This document shows positions 1-10,700 of a stretch of DNA of 64,000 nucleotides, in pieces. The position numbers were made by a program, and so were the translations under genes. The stretch is taken from contig CAVZMH010000022.1 of NCBI GenBank assembly GCA_963776345.1, positions 480,001 to 544,000 of the forward strand, read 5' to 3'. How positions within the stretch are numbered: the stretch's first letter is position 1; each line of letters starts with the position of its first letter. The stretch comes from an uncultured delta proteobacterium (GTDB lineage: Bacteria > Myxococcota > Myxococcia > Myxococcales > Myxococcaceae). The notes beneath the pieces are model-generated. The model saw nothing but the letters and a program-made list of their open reading frames with translations, did no database searches and was not told the DNA's origin.

Positions 1-20
1 TTGTCGATGAACTCGCCCAT
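1..20 (-). CDS. 5' end of a gene running off the window (MGEFID...), possibly a CsbD-like stress protein
   Basis: ATG at 20-18 on the minus strand preceded by a GGAG RBS (ctcc at 27-30); divergent from a GlsB/YeaQ gene; only 6 codons visible. Confidence 0.3.
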
Positions 21-384
21 GTTCGTCTCCTGGGTTGGTGTGGATGAAAAGGCTCACGGTGATTCGAGCCGAGAAGGAGGCAGGCACGATGTGTGCCGTC
101 CGTCACCGAATTCGGGGAAGGCAGGCAACCAGGCCAGAAGGCTGCCCCTGTAGATCGCAGGGCCTCGCGTTCGGCGCATCATCTGCATAGGCCGCGCATT
201 GATTGCGCCTGGAATCGACGTTCTGGCGCGAGTCCGGCTCCCGTCTATCCCCTCGGAATCGCTCCCGCGGGACGACGCGTCAGGGACGGAACGTGCGCCT
301 GCAGACAGAACGCCTCGCGCCGGGCCTTCGGATGGCTAGGTTAAGCGAGGGCTCGGCTGTCTTCAGGCCCTGGAGGTGTGAACC

Positions 385-654
385 ATGACTCTCGAGACGT
401 TCCTGCTGTGGGTTGCCATCGGAGCGATCGCCGGATGGCTCGCTTCCCTCGTCGCCGGCGGTGGCTTCGGGCTCGTTGGCGACATCGTGATCGGCGTGGT
501 GGGTGCGTTCGTCGGGGGATTGCTCTTCCGTTCACTCGGCTGGCACGCGCCGTTCGCCGGAATCGCCGGGACGATCACGGTGGCGTTCGTGGGAGCAGTG
601 CTCCTGCTCGCCCTGCTACGGGTGGTGCGCTCGGGCCGCCATCGCCACGCCTGA
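385..654 (+). CDS. GlsB/YeaQ/YmgE family (transglycosylase-associated) small membrane protein
   Basis: GGAGG RBS; 3 hydrophobic helices with the pattern IGAIAGWLA...GGGFGLVGDIVIGVVGAFVGG...AFVGAVLLL. Confidence 0.9.
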   Translation: MTLETFLLWVAIGAIAGWLASLVAGGGFGLVGDIVIGVVGAFVGGLLFRSLGWHAPFAGIAGTITVAFVGAVLLLALLRVVRSGRHRHA

Positions 655-1004
655 GACTGCTCGCGACGCTGAACGGCTCGACATTCCTGCAGGAATCTTC
701 ACCTCACATCGAGGGGACGCCGGTGGCCGTCCGCTCGGTGCTGGTCGCCGGTACGCCGGTGGTCATCGCCCGCGGGACGGGGTCCGGCGTGAGCCGCCCC
801 GGCCGCAGGCGCGGGTGCCATCGCACGCAGGGAGCGAATGAGGCGTCCAGCAACCCAGCAACAAGGACAGAATGGCCCCAAGTCGCCGCGATTCGGGATC
901 GAGGGACTGACTGAATGGCGTTGAAGGCAAGTGGTGGGGTAAGGACAGCCATCCCGCCTAGGCCACTGGTCCTGACGAGAACTCCTCACCGCCGGAGGTT
1001 CATC

Positions 1005-1607
1005 GTGAGATTCTGGATGCCCATCCTGTTGCCGCTCGCCGCTCTCGGTTGCGCCGCCTCACTCAACGAAGGCGCGTCGTTTCCTCCCAAGTACTATGCC
1101 TCGGGCCCCCTGCCGCGCACCGTGCCGACTTGCTCTGGAGCGATCGGGGTGACGGTGGTGGACGGTCGGGACAACCCCGGTGAGGTGGGTCGACGCTTCG
1201 AGGAACAGAAGCCGGCCACCGACTACCCCATCAAGATGACGGGGGATACGACAGCCTTCGTCAAGAGCGCCCTGGAGGGCATTCTCAAGCGGGCCGGAAA
1301 TCCCGGGCCCGGACCCACGGCGACCACCCTCGCAGTCACGCTGGACGACGTGTACCTCGAAGAGAAGACGTACGTGAATGCCGAGTTCTCGGCCGGCGTG
1401 GCACTCCAGGTCGTCGTCAGCGGGGCGAACTCTTCGACTCCCTGCTGGAAGGGCGAGATCACGGGCAATGGGAACGGCTACGGCAAGGTCGGGAACACGG
1501 AAAGCTATCAGCAGACTCTGAACCGGGCGCTCGAGAACGCCGTCTTCAACATGTTCCGCCAGAAGAAGTTCCGAGAGGCGCTTTGCGGGAAGTGCGCCTC
1601 CTCCTGA
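1005..1607 (+). CDS. Lipoprotein, YajG-like fold
   Basis: GGAGG at 994-998 then GTG at 1005; lipobox LAALGC; VTVVDGR motif and C-terminal helix YQQTLNRALENAV. Confidence 0.6.
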   Translation: MRFWMPILLPLAALGCAASLNEGASFPPKYYASGPLPRTVPTCSGAIGVTVVDGRDNPGEVGRRFEEQKPATDYPIKMTGDTTAFVKSALEGILKRAGNPGPGPTATTLAVTLDDVYLEEKTYVNAEFSAGVALQVVVSGANSSTPCWKGEITGNGNGYGKVGNTESYQQTLNRALENAVFNMFRQKKFREALCGKCASS

Positions 1608-1672
1608 ACCTCACTGGTTGAACCCGGAGGTCTGCGTCCTCGCCTTGGGAATGCGGGTGTGCCCGGGCCGTC

Positions 1673-2923
1673 GTGATCCAAGCGTTCGGGCCGTCGTGGC
1701 CAACGCCGGATGACTGGATGACACTGATCGCCAGTCTGTCGCTCGTACTGGTCTTTGCCCATCTGCTTGGCTGGATCGCCGAACGACTGCATCAACCGGC
1801 ACTGCTCGGGCACATGCTGGCGGGCATCGTGCTCGGGCCCTCGTTGCTGGCATGGATCGCCCCGAGCGCGGGCCTGACCGCATTGACTGACCTTTCTGTG
1901 CTGTTCGTGGTCATCACTGCTGGTCTGAAGATGCGGGTCGAGCACCTGCTGGAAATGTTTCGCGGAACGGGCACCCTCGCGTTGATGCTTGGGTTCATCA
2001 TTCCTGCGTTCATGGCCGGAGTGTTTGCATTCGCAATCGGGCTCGAGCTCATTCCGGGGCTCGTGGTGGCGCTCTGCATTTCCGTGACCGCGCTCCCGGT
2101 AGCACTCCGTATCCTGAGCGACTTTGGCATTTCGACCACGCGCGTTGCGCGGGTCGCCATCGCGAGCGCATTGCTCTCCGATACAGTTGTCCTGATGGTG
2201 CTGGGCGTCGTGATCGCGACGTCGCTATCGAAGGGAGCCAATGGCCTCCTGATCGCAGCCTCGCTCGCAATCGCCAAGCTGGTCCTGCTGCTTGTCGTCT
2301 TCGCTGCCTGTCAAGTCGTGTTCGTGAAGCTCTCGAGACGAGGCGCCGGGTGGCGGACGCCCACCAATCCGACCTCGGTCGACACAGTGACGGTCCTCAC
2401 GCTTGTCTTCATGCTGGGACTTGGGGCGGTCGCCGAGCTGCTTGGTTTGCATTCAGCGATTGGGACATTCCTGGCAGCATTGTTGATCACCAGCGCCTTG
2501 CTCACCGACGCTCGCTTCGAGAACCTGACGCGCACTTGCGACTTGATGACCGTCAGTGTGTTCGGGCCATTGTTCCTGGGCTTTCAAGGTATTCAATTCA
2601 AGCTGAGCACGTTGCACAACTACCCGCTGGTGGTTGGTCTGATTCTCGTGGCGGTCGTGTCAAAGTGGCTCGGAGGCTATGCGGCGGCACGCATGAAGCA
2701 CCTGCCGACGAACGAAGCATTCGGCGTTGCGATCATCATGAACGCGCGCGGCGTGATGGAGATGGTGGTGGTGAGCATCGCTTATCGAGAGGGTCTGGTT
2801 GATCAGGAATTGTTTTCCGCGTTGCTCGTGGTTGGCATCGTCACGACGGTGGTGACGCCGTCGATGCTCAGGCGTTGGCTTGCCAGGCCGATCAACGCCA
2901 GAATTATCGAGGCCGGCGAGTAG
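1673..2923 (+). CDS. Cation:proton antiporter (CPA2 / Na+/H+ exchanger)
   Basis: About 12 TM helices; QPALLGHMLAGIVLGPS, SVTALPV, ARGVMEMVV motifs. Confidence 0.9.
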   Translation: MIQAFGPSWPTPDDWMTLIASLSLVLVFAHLLGWIAERLHQPALLGHMLAGIVLGPSLLAWIAPSAGLTALTDLSVLFVVITAGLKMRVEHLLEMFRGTGTLALMLGFIIPAFMAGVFAFAIGLELIPGLVVALCISVTALPVALRILSDFGISTTRVARVAIASALLSDTVVLMVLGVVIATSLSKGANGLLIAASLAIAKLVLLLVVFAACQVVFVKLSRRGAGWRTPTNPTSVDTVTVLTLVFMLGLGAVAELLGLHSAIGTFLAALLITSALLTDARFENLTRTCDLMTVSVFGPLFLGFQGIQFKLSTLHNYPLVVGLILVAVVSKWLGGYAAARMKHLPTNEAFGVAIIMNARGVMEMVVVSIAYREGLVDQELFSALLVVGIVTTVVTPSMLRRWLARPINARIIEAGE

Positions 2924-3062
2924 ATATCTCCACTCGAGCCCGCTCTCGACGAGGGCCGGAGCAGGAGGAAGGCCACCGGGGGGAGGACGAGGTGCGTCTG
3001 TCCCGTCGCAGGACGTCAGGGACGGGTGCTGTCTCCGCGGGAGGAGGCGTACACTCCGGCCG

Positions 3063-4199
3063 ATGCGCGCATCCACCCGGGACCGATGGAAGAAGTCGTC
3101 ACGCCGCCTTGGCCCGGCGCTCCTGCGGGCGTCCTTCCTGGTGCCGGCCTCGCTGGCGTTGCTGGTCCTCGTCGTGGCGGTCTCGCTCCACCCGTTCGCC
3201 CGGAGCAGGACCCGCGCGGCGCTCGACGGCCTCGAGGGCGCGCATGGGGAGTTCCTCGATGCCCGACTGTCGCTCTTCCCGCTCCGCTACACGGTGACCC
3301 ACCTCAAGATCCGAAATCTAGAGACTCGAGTGCAGGAACCGATCTTCTACGCCGAGAGCGTGGCGGTGGATCTCCGCTGGGCGAGCCTCTTCCGGGGCCG
3401 CCTCATCGGTAGCATCGACGCCCGCGGGGTGAAGTTGGTGCTCGAGCAACCGAAGCCAGGTGGGAAGCTCCGGCTGCCCTCTTTGTCGGAACTCGTGCCC
3501 GTGGCCGCGGTGCTCGAACGGCTCCAGCTGACCAATGCGGAGGTGCTCTACGCCTGGGTGCGGGAGCAGAACCAGCCCACCCTCTGGTTTCACGAGATCG
3601 AAGCGACGCTCGAGAACCTCGGCTCGCGGCCCGGGCTCACCGAGGGACCGCTGGTGCTCGTCGCCCGGGGCCAGTTCGTCAGAAAGGGAACGATGCGGGT
3701 CACCGTCACCGCCGAGCCGTACGCCACGCCGCTCGTCTTCGCCGGGGAAGCCGTCGCGGAGAACCTGGACCTCTCCCAGATGAACTCCTACATCGCGGCG
3801 ATCACGGGGGTGAAGCTCACCCCGGGGGCGTTCTCGATGAAGATGAGCTTTGCCTCCAAGAACGGCCGGCTGACCGGAACCGTCGATCCCCACCTGACCG
3901 GAACGGAGATCCAGTCCGCCGACGCGGATCTCGGCAGCAAGCTGAAGGCACTCCTGGGCAAGATCAGCCTGAGCGTCTCCGGCCCGACCGAGGGGACACA
4001 ATCTTCGGGCCGCATTGCGGTGAGCGACGACTTCCGCGACCCCTCGCTGCAGCTCGTGCTGGTGCTGGAGAAGACCATCGAGAACGGTTTCCTCCTCGGG
4101 ATGCAGGAAGGTCTCAAGCGGGCCTACTCCGGGCCGCCGGGGAAGCAGCCCGATCAGGCCAAGCCGGAGGCGACCCCGCTCAAGACCCAGCAGCGGTGA
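3063..4199 (+). CDS. DUF748/AsmA-like membrane-anchored protein
   Basis: N-terminal TM anchor followed by a beta-rich AsmA-like body; IEATLENL, LDLSQMNSY and GRLTGTVDP segments; start uncertain. Confidence 0.65.
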   Translation: MRASTRDRWKKSSRRLGPALLRASFLVPASLALLVLVVAVSLHPFARSRTRAALDGLEGAHGEFLDARLSLFPLRYTVTHLKIRNLETRVQEPIFYAESVAVDLRWASLFRGRLIGSIDARGVKLVLEQPKPGGKLRLPSLSELVPVAAVLERLQLTNAEVLYAWVREQNQPTLWFHEIEATLENLGSRPGLTEGPLVLVARGQFVRKGTMRVTVTAEPYATPLVFAGEAVAENLDLSQMNSYIAAITGVKLTPGAFSMKMSFASKNGRLTGTVDPHLTGTEIQSADADLGSKLKALLGKISLSVSGPTEGTQSSGRIAVSDDFRDPSLQLVLVLEKTIENGFLLGMQEGLKRAYSGPPGKQPDQAKPEATPLKTQQR

Positions 4200-4246
4200 G
4201 GGGACGAGCCGGGCTCTCGACGGGGGTTGTCCGTGCCGTGGCCTCG

Positions 4247-4750
4247 CTAGAAGCGGTCCGAGTCGATGACCTGCTCGGTGAGGCGCAACATGGCGTCGTG
4301 CTGACCGTGCTGAGCGTAATCCGCTCTCCAGCCGCTTCTTCCGTCCTTGCTCACGTAGAGCGAAAGCTCGACATCCGCCTCCGAGAGCTGCCAGCTGTAC
4401 TTCCTGCCCCGCACCGGCTCCGCCAGGTCCACGCTCGCGTCCTCCCGACCGTACCTGCTGCGAAAGGTGGACAGGAGGGATTCATCGGAGCTGTCCTTTC
4501 GCGGGCCGTAGAGCGAGACTCCGATCAGCCCTTTGGGCCCGAAAAAGAAGTACCGAAACTCGACCGCGACGGACCCGATCGAGGTCTTGCGCTCGTTGCA
4601 GAGCACTGCTTCAACCTTGGTCCGGTGCGCGTCCGGAAAGAGCATCTGAACCTGATCCTTGCTCATCCCCCAACGTGCGCTCTGGAAGTAGCCCGTCGGC
4701 CTGCTGTCGGCTGCAAGGACAAAGGCGACAATGAGGGCGAACGCCGTGCG
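4247..4750 (-). CDS. Hypothetical secreted protein, apparently 5'-truncated
   Basis: Frame stays open upstream of ATG 4666 through a signal-like [14 protein letters not shown] but has no start codon before an in-frame [18 protein letters not shown] motif. Confidence 0.55.
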   Translation of the reverse strand, partial: RTAFALIVAFVLAADSRPTGYFQSARWGMSKDQVQMLFPDAHRTKVEAVLCNERKTSIGSVAVEFRYFFFGPKGLIGVSLYGPRKDSSDESLLSTFRSRYGREDASVDLAEPVRGRKYSWQLSEADVELSLYVSKDGRSGWRADYAQHGQHDAMLRLTEQVIDSDRF

Positions 4751-4907
4751 TGACTACCTGGTCGCGCGGGGGGTCGACGCGGACAAGATCAGCGCGATCG
4801 GCCTGGGGTCGAGCAAGCCGATCATGAACAACAGCACTGCCGAGAACCGGGCGAACAATCGCCGGGTGGAGATCGTGATCGGCAACTCCAGGGTCAGCGC
4901 CCGCTGA
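4731..4907 (+). pseudogene. C-terminal fragment of an OmpA-family peptidoglycan-binding domain
   Basis: Translates [49 protein letters not shown], the classic OmpA_C end; the N-terminal half of the domain is missing. Confidence 0.85.
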
Positions 4908-5025
4908 CGCGGGGGCGAGAGGCGGGCACGGGCGTGCGGACTTCTGCACGACTTCGGGCCCGCCCGCCGTCTTGCCAGCGGCGGCTCTTCGTGCCGGAGG
5001 CGGGGTAGAGGGGTATCCTGCTGCA

Positions 5026-6165
5026 ATGCGCCGTGCGGACCACGTCCTCCTGGTGCCCGGCTTCTTCGGGTTCGGGAGCTTCGGCCGGCCGGGCGGGCCG
5101 CGCATCGTCTACTTCGACCGTGTGATCAAGGCGCTGGTGTCCGCCAGGCGCGAGTTGCGCGGGCGGATCCACGTCCACGAGCCGCCGCCGATAGGGTCGC
5201 TCGAGGTGCGCGTCCGGAGCCTGCAGGACGCCGTGTTGCAGCTCCTGGGCGGCGCCCTCCTGCGCGGCGAGTCGCGCCGCGGTCACCCGCGCATCCACGT
5301 CATCGGCCACTCCACGGGCGGGCTCGACGCGCGCCTGCTCCTGAACCCGCGCTACCACTTCAACGGTGAGGACCCCGCGCTGCGCGAGCGGCTCGCCGAG
5401 CGCGTGGGCACGGTGGTGACGCTCTCGGCCCCCCATCACGGCACGCCCATCGCGAGCAGCTTGGTGCACGGGCTCTCCCACCTCTTGCTCGAAGGGATGT
5501 CGCTCGCGACCATCCTGGCCGCCGCGGGGCAGCTCCGGAGACGGTTGGGGCTCCCCGGCTTGAGCTTCCTCGTGACGCTCTTCGAGGCCGTCGCGCCCAG
5601 GCGCAACGTGAACGCCCCCGCCCTCGCGCTGCTCGCCGGCATGGACGAGGAGACGGCGCGCCAGATCGCCCGCTTCCGCGGGATGGTCATGTCCGACACG
5701 CGGCTCCTGCACGACCTCGCGCCGGAGCGAATGGCGCAGCTGAACGCGCGCATCGGCGAGGGTGACACCAGGCGGCTGGTCGAGATCGTGACCGTCGCGC
5801 CGCGACCGACGCTCTGGGGCGGGCTCCACGGGCTGGACCGCCGGGCGGCGTACGCGCTCTGCTACGCTGCCACGGCCAGCGAGGCGTTCCGGCCGGCTCG
5901 CTTCCCCGATGGACCCTGGATCGCGGCGCGCCCGCCTGGCACCGAGCGTGCGGCGGTGGAAGACGCGCCCCGGGCCAACGACGGGATCGTGCCGGCGTCC
6001 TCGCAGACGGTCACCAGAGGCGCGGCACGGCTCGTCCTCGCCGACCACCTCGACGTCATCGGGCACTTCGAGTGGCGCTGGAACACGACGCTCTTCAAGT
6101 CGGGCGCGGGGTTCGGCCGGGGGGAGTTCATGGCGCTCTGGCGGTTCGTCGCGGAGGCGCTCTGA
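5026..6165 (+). CDS. Triacylglycerol lipase/esterase (alpha/beta hydrolase)
   Basis: LVPGFFGF oxyanion region, GHSTGG nucleophile elbow, NDGIVP acid, ADHLDVIGH His. Confidence 0.85.
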   Translation: MRRADHVLLVPGFFGFGSFGRPGGPRIVYFDRVIKALVSARRELRGRIHVHEPPPIGSLEVRVRSLQDAVLQLLGGALLRGESRRGHPRIHVIGHSTGGLDARLLLNPRYHFNGEDPALRERLAERVGTVVTLSAPHHGTPIASSLVHGLSHLLLEGMSLATILAAAGQLRRRLGLPGLSFLVTLFEAVAPRRNVNAPALALLAGMDEETARQIARFRGMVMSDTRLLHDLAPERMAQLNARIGEGDTRRLVEIVTVAPRPTLWGGLHGLDRRAAYALCYAATASEAFRPARFPDGPWIAARPPGTERAAVEDAPRANDGIVPASSQTVTRGAARLVLADHLDVIGHFEWRWNTTLFKSGAGFGRGEFMALWRFVAEAL

Positions 6166-6415
6166 GGTCGGCAGCAAATTTCTAGAGTAGAGGACGCGCC
6201 GCCGACCTACGTTGGTGCATGCCGCGACGTCGAGGAGCGACTTCTCGATCGTCGCCGCGATCACCCCAATCTGGGTCGAGGGCGATCTCCGCGTCCGATC
6301 TCCGCGTCCTTGAATCAGGAATCCCCCACCCAGGATCTCGCTTTCGTTGGTCGCTTGACTTTCCTCTCGGAAGAGCCGCCCTGTGGTCGTGCAATCAACC
6401 AACGAAAGTGAATTC

Positions 6416-7585
6416 ATGACTCGAAACCGTCTGACGTTCGCGCTGTGCCTGTGGGGCGCAGTCGCGCTGGCGAGCCCACCAACTCCGGATGAGGTCGCCA
6501 AGCGGCTCGTCCAGAGCACGGGCATCGCCCAGGGAGATCTGGTGCGGGTCTCGGGAACCACGAAGGACCTGCCGCTGCTCACCGCGATCGCCGTCGAGGT
6601 GGAGAAGGCCGGAGGCGCGAGCTTCTTGGCGCTCAGCAGCGACGAGTCGGTTCGCCGCATCTGCCACGAGGTTCCCACCGAGCGCGACGCGGGGAACGCC
6701 GCCGCCACCCTGAAGCTCATCGCCGCGATGACCGCGGACATCTCGGTCTCATCCGGCAACAATCCCAAGCTGTGCAGCGATGTCGATCCCGCCCGGCTCG
6801 CAGCGCGTGGCAAGGCCTTCCAGGAGGCTAACGCGGCCTACGTGAAGGGCGGAATCAAGGCCATCAACCTCGGGAACGGGATGGAGCCCGCCGACTGGCG
6901 AGCGAAGCGCTTCGGCATCACGCCGGCGCAGCTTTCCACTCTCTACTGGAACGGGATCAACGTCGAACCGGCCAAGCTCAAGGAGGCTGCAGACCCGATC
7001 GTCCGCGGGCTCGCCGGGAAGCGCCTCACGGTCACCGCTGCCAACGGCACGACGGTGTCCATGTCCATCGAGGGCCGGCCGGTGGTCTTCAGCGACGGGC
7101 AGGTGACTCCGGAGATGGCCAAGAAGGGGCAGACCCTCATCGCCTGGCTGCCCGCCGGTGACGTCTACCTGGTGCCCGTCCCCGGCAGTGCCGAGGGAAC
7201 GGTGGTGGTGGACCGCTTCTGGTACCACGAGAAGCCCATCGACGGGCTCACCCTGACCATCAAGGGCGGGAAGGTCGTGGAGATGCACGCCAAGAGTGGA
7301 CCCCTGGAGCAGTTCAAGACCGACTACGAGGGCTCGGGCGGCGCGAAGGATGCCGTCGGGGTGGTGAACATCGGGACCAATCCCAACCTCCGGCTACCTG
7401 CCGGGAGCAAGGTCAACGCCACGCCGGTCTGGGGGATGGTGAGCATCATGACCGGCGACACCAGCTGGGCAGGGGGCTCCGACGTGAGCTCGTGGAACTT
7501 CATCGGCTTCGTCCCCGCGGCGACGGTGACCGTCGACGGGAAGATCCTGGTCGACAAGGGAGAGCTCAGGACGCCAGCCGCCTGA
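6416..7585 (+). CDS. Secreted M29 (aminopeptidase T-like) homolog with degenerate metal ligands
   Basis: Signal peptide; A-NGTTVSMSIEGRP..DG, LPAGDVY..P..AEGTVVVD, NIGTNP, TVTVDGK..V.KGEL fold motifs. Confidence 0.75.
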   Translation: MTRNRLTFALCLWGAVALASPPTPDEVAKRLVQSTGIAQGDLVRVSGTTKDLPLLTAIAVEVEKAGGASFLALSSDESVRRICHEVPTERDAGNAAATLKLIAAMTADISVSSGNNPKLCSDVDPARLAARGKAFQEANAAYVKGGIKAINLGNGMEPADWRAKRFGITPAQLSTLYWNGINVEPAKLKEAADPIVRGLAGKRLTVTAANGTTVSMSIEGRPVVFSDGQVTPEMAKKGQTLIAWLPAGDVYLVPVPGSAEGTVVVDRFWYHEKPIDGLTLTIKGGKVVEMHAKSGPLEQFKTDYEGSGGAKDAVGVVNIGTNPNLRLPAGSKVNATPVWGMVSIMTGDTSWAGGSDVSSWNFIGFVPAATVTVDGKILVDKGELRTPAA

Positions 7586-7710
7586 GTGTGACGCTCGCTC
7601 GTCGCGCCGGCCTCGGGGCCTCTCCGCCCCGATGGCCGATGCGGTGACGAGCCGGCGCGGGTCTCACCTCACGGGTCATCCATGTTCCCTGGGCAACCAG
7701 GTCCGATTCC

Positions 7711-10700
7711 TCATGGCGGTGTCGGGCAGTTCCCACCGGTGGGCGCGAACGGCGGGGCCGAAGACAGCACCGGAGACAGCCCGACGTCGGTGATCGAGCC
7801 AACACCTCGCGGGGTGAAGGTCCAGTAGAACTTGAACGGGGTGCCCGCACCTCCCGACCCGAGGTTCGTGCCACCTCCTCCGAGGCTGCTCCGGACCTGC
7901 TCGGTGATCTCTCCGTTCACGTCGTAGCTGAACAAGGTGATGACCTGGAGGAGGAGCTCGAGGCCGGCGGAGATGCCGGGATTGCTCGCTTCGGCGAAGA
8001 CCGTGTCGGGATCCACGACCAAGCCGACGTCCACCAACTCGTCGTAGATCCCGGGTGGGGTGACGGTGTCGTCCCACACGCATCCGAACGTCGTGACCAG
8101 CGCCAGCTCGAACCCGATGTTGAGGTCGAGCGCGTCCGCAATGGACATGGACACGCCGGCGCGCTGATCGTCGGTGCCCTTGACGACGGGGAAGGGGCTG
8201 GAGTGGACGAAGTGCGAACCGCGGGGGCCCAGGGAATTGGCGACCGTGGTCTCGAGCAATGACCGGAAGTCGAAGCCACCGGGAAACTTGAAGAAGTGAG
8301 GGGTGATCTGGTCGTAGCTCTGGAGCTGCGACTGCCACGCCCCGGCGCTCCGCAGTTCCCAGAAGGAGATGGTGAGCGGTCCGGTCGCGGCGTCGATGCA
8401 CTTCCCCTTCGCCGCCGGCATCTCGTACGCGACCCGGTCGTGCGGCGTGCCGTCGTTGTCGATCACCAGCGTCATGCCCTGGATGCAGAGCGACGCGTAG
8501 GGAGTGGGATCGACCAGCTCCACCGAGATCTGGGTGATGTCCTCCAGGTTGGAGACGTTCGACGTCGCGAGGTCGAAGGTCTGCGTCACCAGCCCCGGCG
8601 AGACCCCCACTGCACCGTTTCCGTTCGTGCCCCAGTTCACAGTCCGGCGTGTCCAGCCAGGAGATGTTTCCGGTGGGCGTGGCTCCCCCAGCGCCGTCCT
8701 GGAGGCGAACTCGCACCGGGATCGGTCCTTCCGTGTTCACCTGACCGAAGGTGGTGAGCGTCAGCTCGATCCGGCTGATCGGGTGAACGACGTTGGAGAC
8801 GAAGGCACAGGCGACGTTGCTGTCCCCGGCGCCGACGGTCTCGATCCGGTAGCAGTTCTCCCGGTTCACCGGGTCGCTCGAGAGGTCCGTGGGAAGGGGA
8901 TCGAACACCTCCGCGATGGCCGCCAGCGAGGTCTGGTTCTGGGTGAGGAAGGTTCCGGGGGGCAGGATCCTCGAGTTGCCGATGGTGTCCGTGATGTCGA
9001 CCCACGGCCCTGCCTGCCCGGAGGGGTCGATGACCTGCCGCCAGACCCTGATCGTCTCCGTGGGCGACGGCGGCGAGAAGCGGAGCAGCAACCCCGGAGC
9101 CCAGTTCGCACCGCCACGGCTGTCGGGGCGCGTGGTGGAGAAGACCGGGTACCAGGTGGAAACGCGGCAGGTCTCGTTGGTTGCCGGGAGGTAGCCCTCA
9201 TCGTCGGCGACCTCGACCCAGCCGCCTCCCGAGGCGAGGATCGGCTGCCGGACGCGGTTCTCCTTGTGAGGGCAGAGGCTCGTCTCCAGCCACGTGCCTG
9301 CCCGGAACCCGAAGATGGCGAAGGGGATGACGAAGCGGACACGATGAGATCCCGTCGTGCCCTTCTCGACCGCGCTCGCCACCAGGTGAAGCACATCCCC
9401 CTTCTGGTAGGCGCCGATCTGCAGGTCGCGGGCGGGTTCCGGCGCGAAGACGGTCGTACCCTGCAGCGGAGCGAAGTTGCCGTTCCCGACGTTGCGCGTG
9501 GCCCCGGTCAGCTCCAGCCGGCCGTGCTCGAAATCGATGGTTCGTGGACCACGGCTCCCGCAGCTCGGCGCATCCCTGGCTGGCAGTCCGAGCGGGCCCT
9601 GAGGTCCACCGGTGGCGCGATAGGCGGCGAGAGCATCGCCGTCGATCCGGGCGACGGGCTCTCGTCGACCTTCTGGCACCAGGTACAGTGCGGCACGGGC
9701 GAACTCCTGGGTCGAGAAGGTGCATCCGGGATCGCCGCAGATCTCCGGCCCGGTGGGGAAGCCGGCACAGCCGAGCTCCGGCGTGGTCGAATCCTGGAAC
9801 CATTTCTCGGCGATCTGTCCCTGGACCCGGAAAGCGAGGCTCGACCCGACCTCCCAGACGTAGTGGTTGGTCGATCCCAGGTACGGATAGGTGGTCGAGC
9901 GCTGGCCGCGCAATCCGGCGCCGCACCCGCCGCGCGTGCTCGGGTCGATGCAAACGGGATCCGATGCGAGCGGAAGGTGATTCGGCTCGCTGCCGACGGT
10001 GTCGAACTCGCGGCCGTACAGGACGGCGGGGCTGTAGGCGAGGGCGAGCGCGCCGCTGCCCTTCCCACCGATCAGGTAGGCGTGGGCGTCGGGTGAGCGA
10101 TGGGTGAGGTAGCCCCAGCTGAACCGCTGCCAGGACACCCCGGATCCGGCGGACGTCGGGAAGCTGGTCGGGAGTCCCAGGGCTCCGCCCTCCGCACCCT
10201 CCGCCAGGTACCTGCGGAGCAGGAGGGGCTCGGTGGCCTGCGCGGCGTCAGGGACTGGCGACGACGCGTTCGCCATCGGGAACGCGCACCCGAGCGTCCG
10301 ATGAAAGTAGACGACTCCGCAGCCGCGGGCCGGGTCGCTCCGGGACCCGAACCATTTCTTCCACCCGGCCGCGGCGCTCTTCGGGTGCCTCTTCTCGCCC
10401 GGTTGCCCTCGCCATTGCCCGAAGGTGGCCGCCCTCGCCGCTCCGATGGCGTCGGGTTCGATGGTGATGGTCGTCGTCGTCCTCGCCGTCGTCCTCGCCA
10501 CGGTCCTCTGCTCGCCGGACTCGAGGATCGGGTTCGCATCGACGTCGTAGACGCACCCCATCGCGGCCGCAGCGTTGTTCATCAACTGGTTGATCGAGTT
10601 TCGCTCCGTCCCCTGCTTCGTCTGCGGGCCCGAGAGCTGCGAGAACGACCGAGGCCGAGATCGATGACCGGAAACGAGCTGCCATCGTTGCAGGTGGCGT

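Noticed and set aside
655..1000. Short overlapping ORFs between the GlsB gene and the lipoprotein
   Set aside because: No RBS, motif or consistent codon bias; cannot be supported
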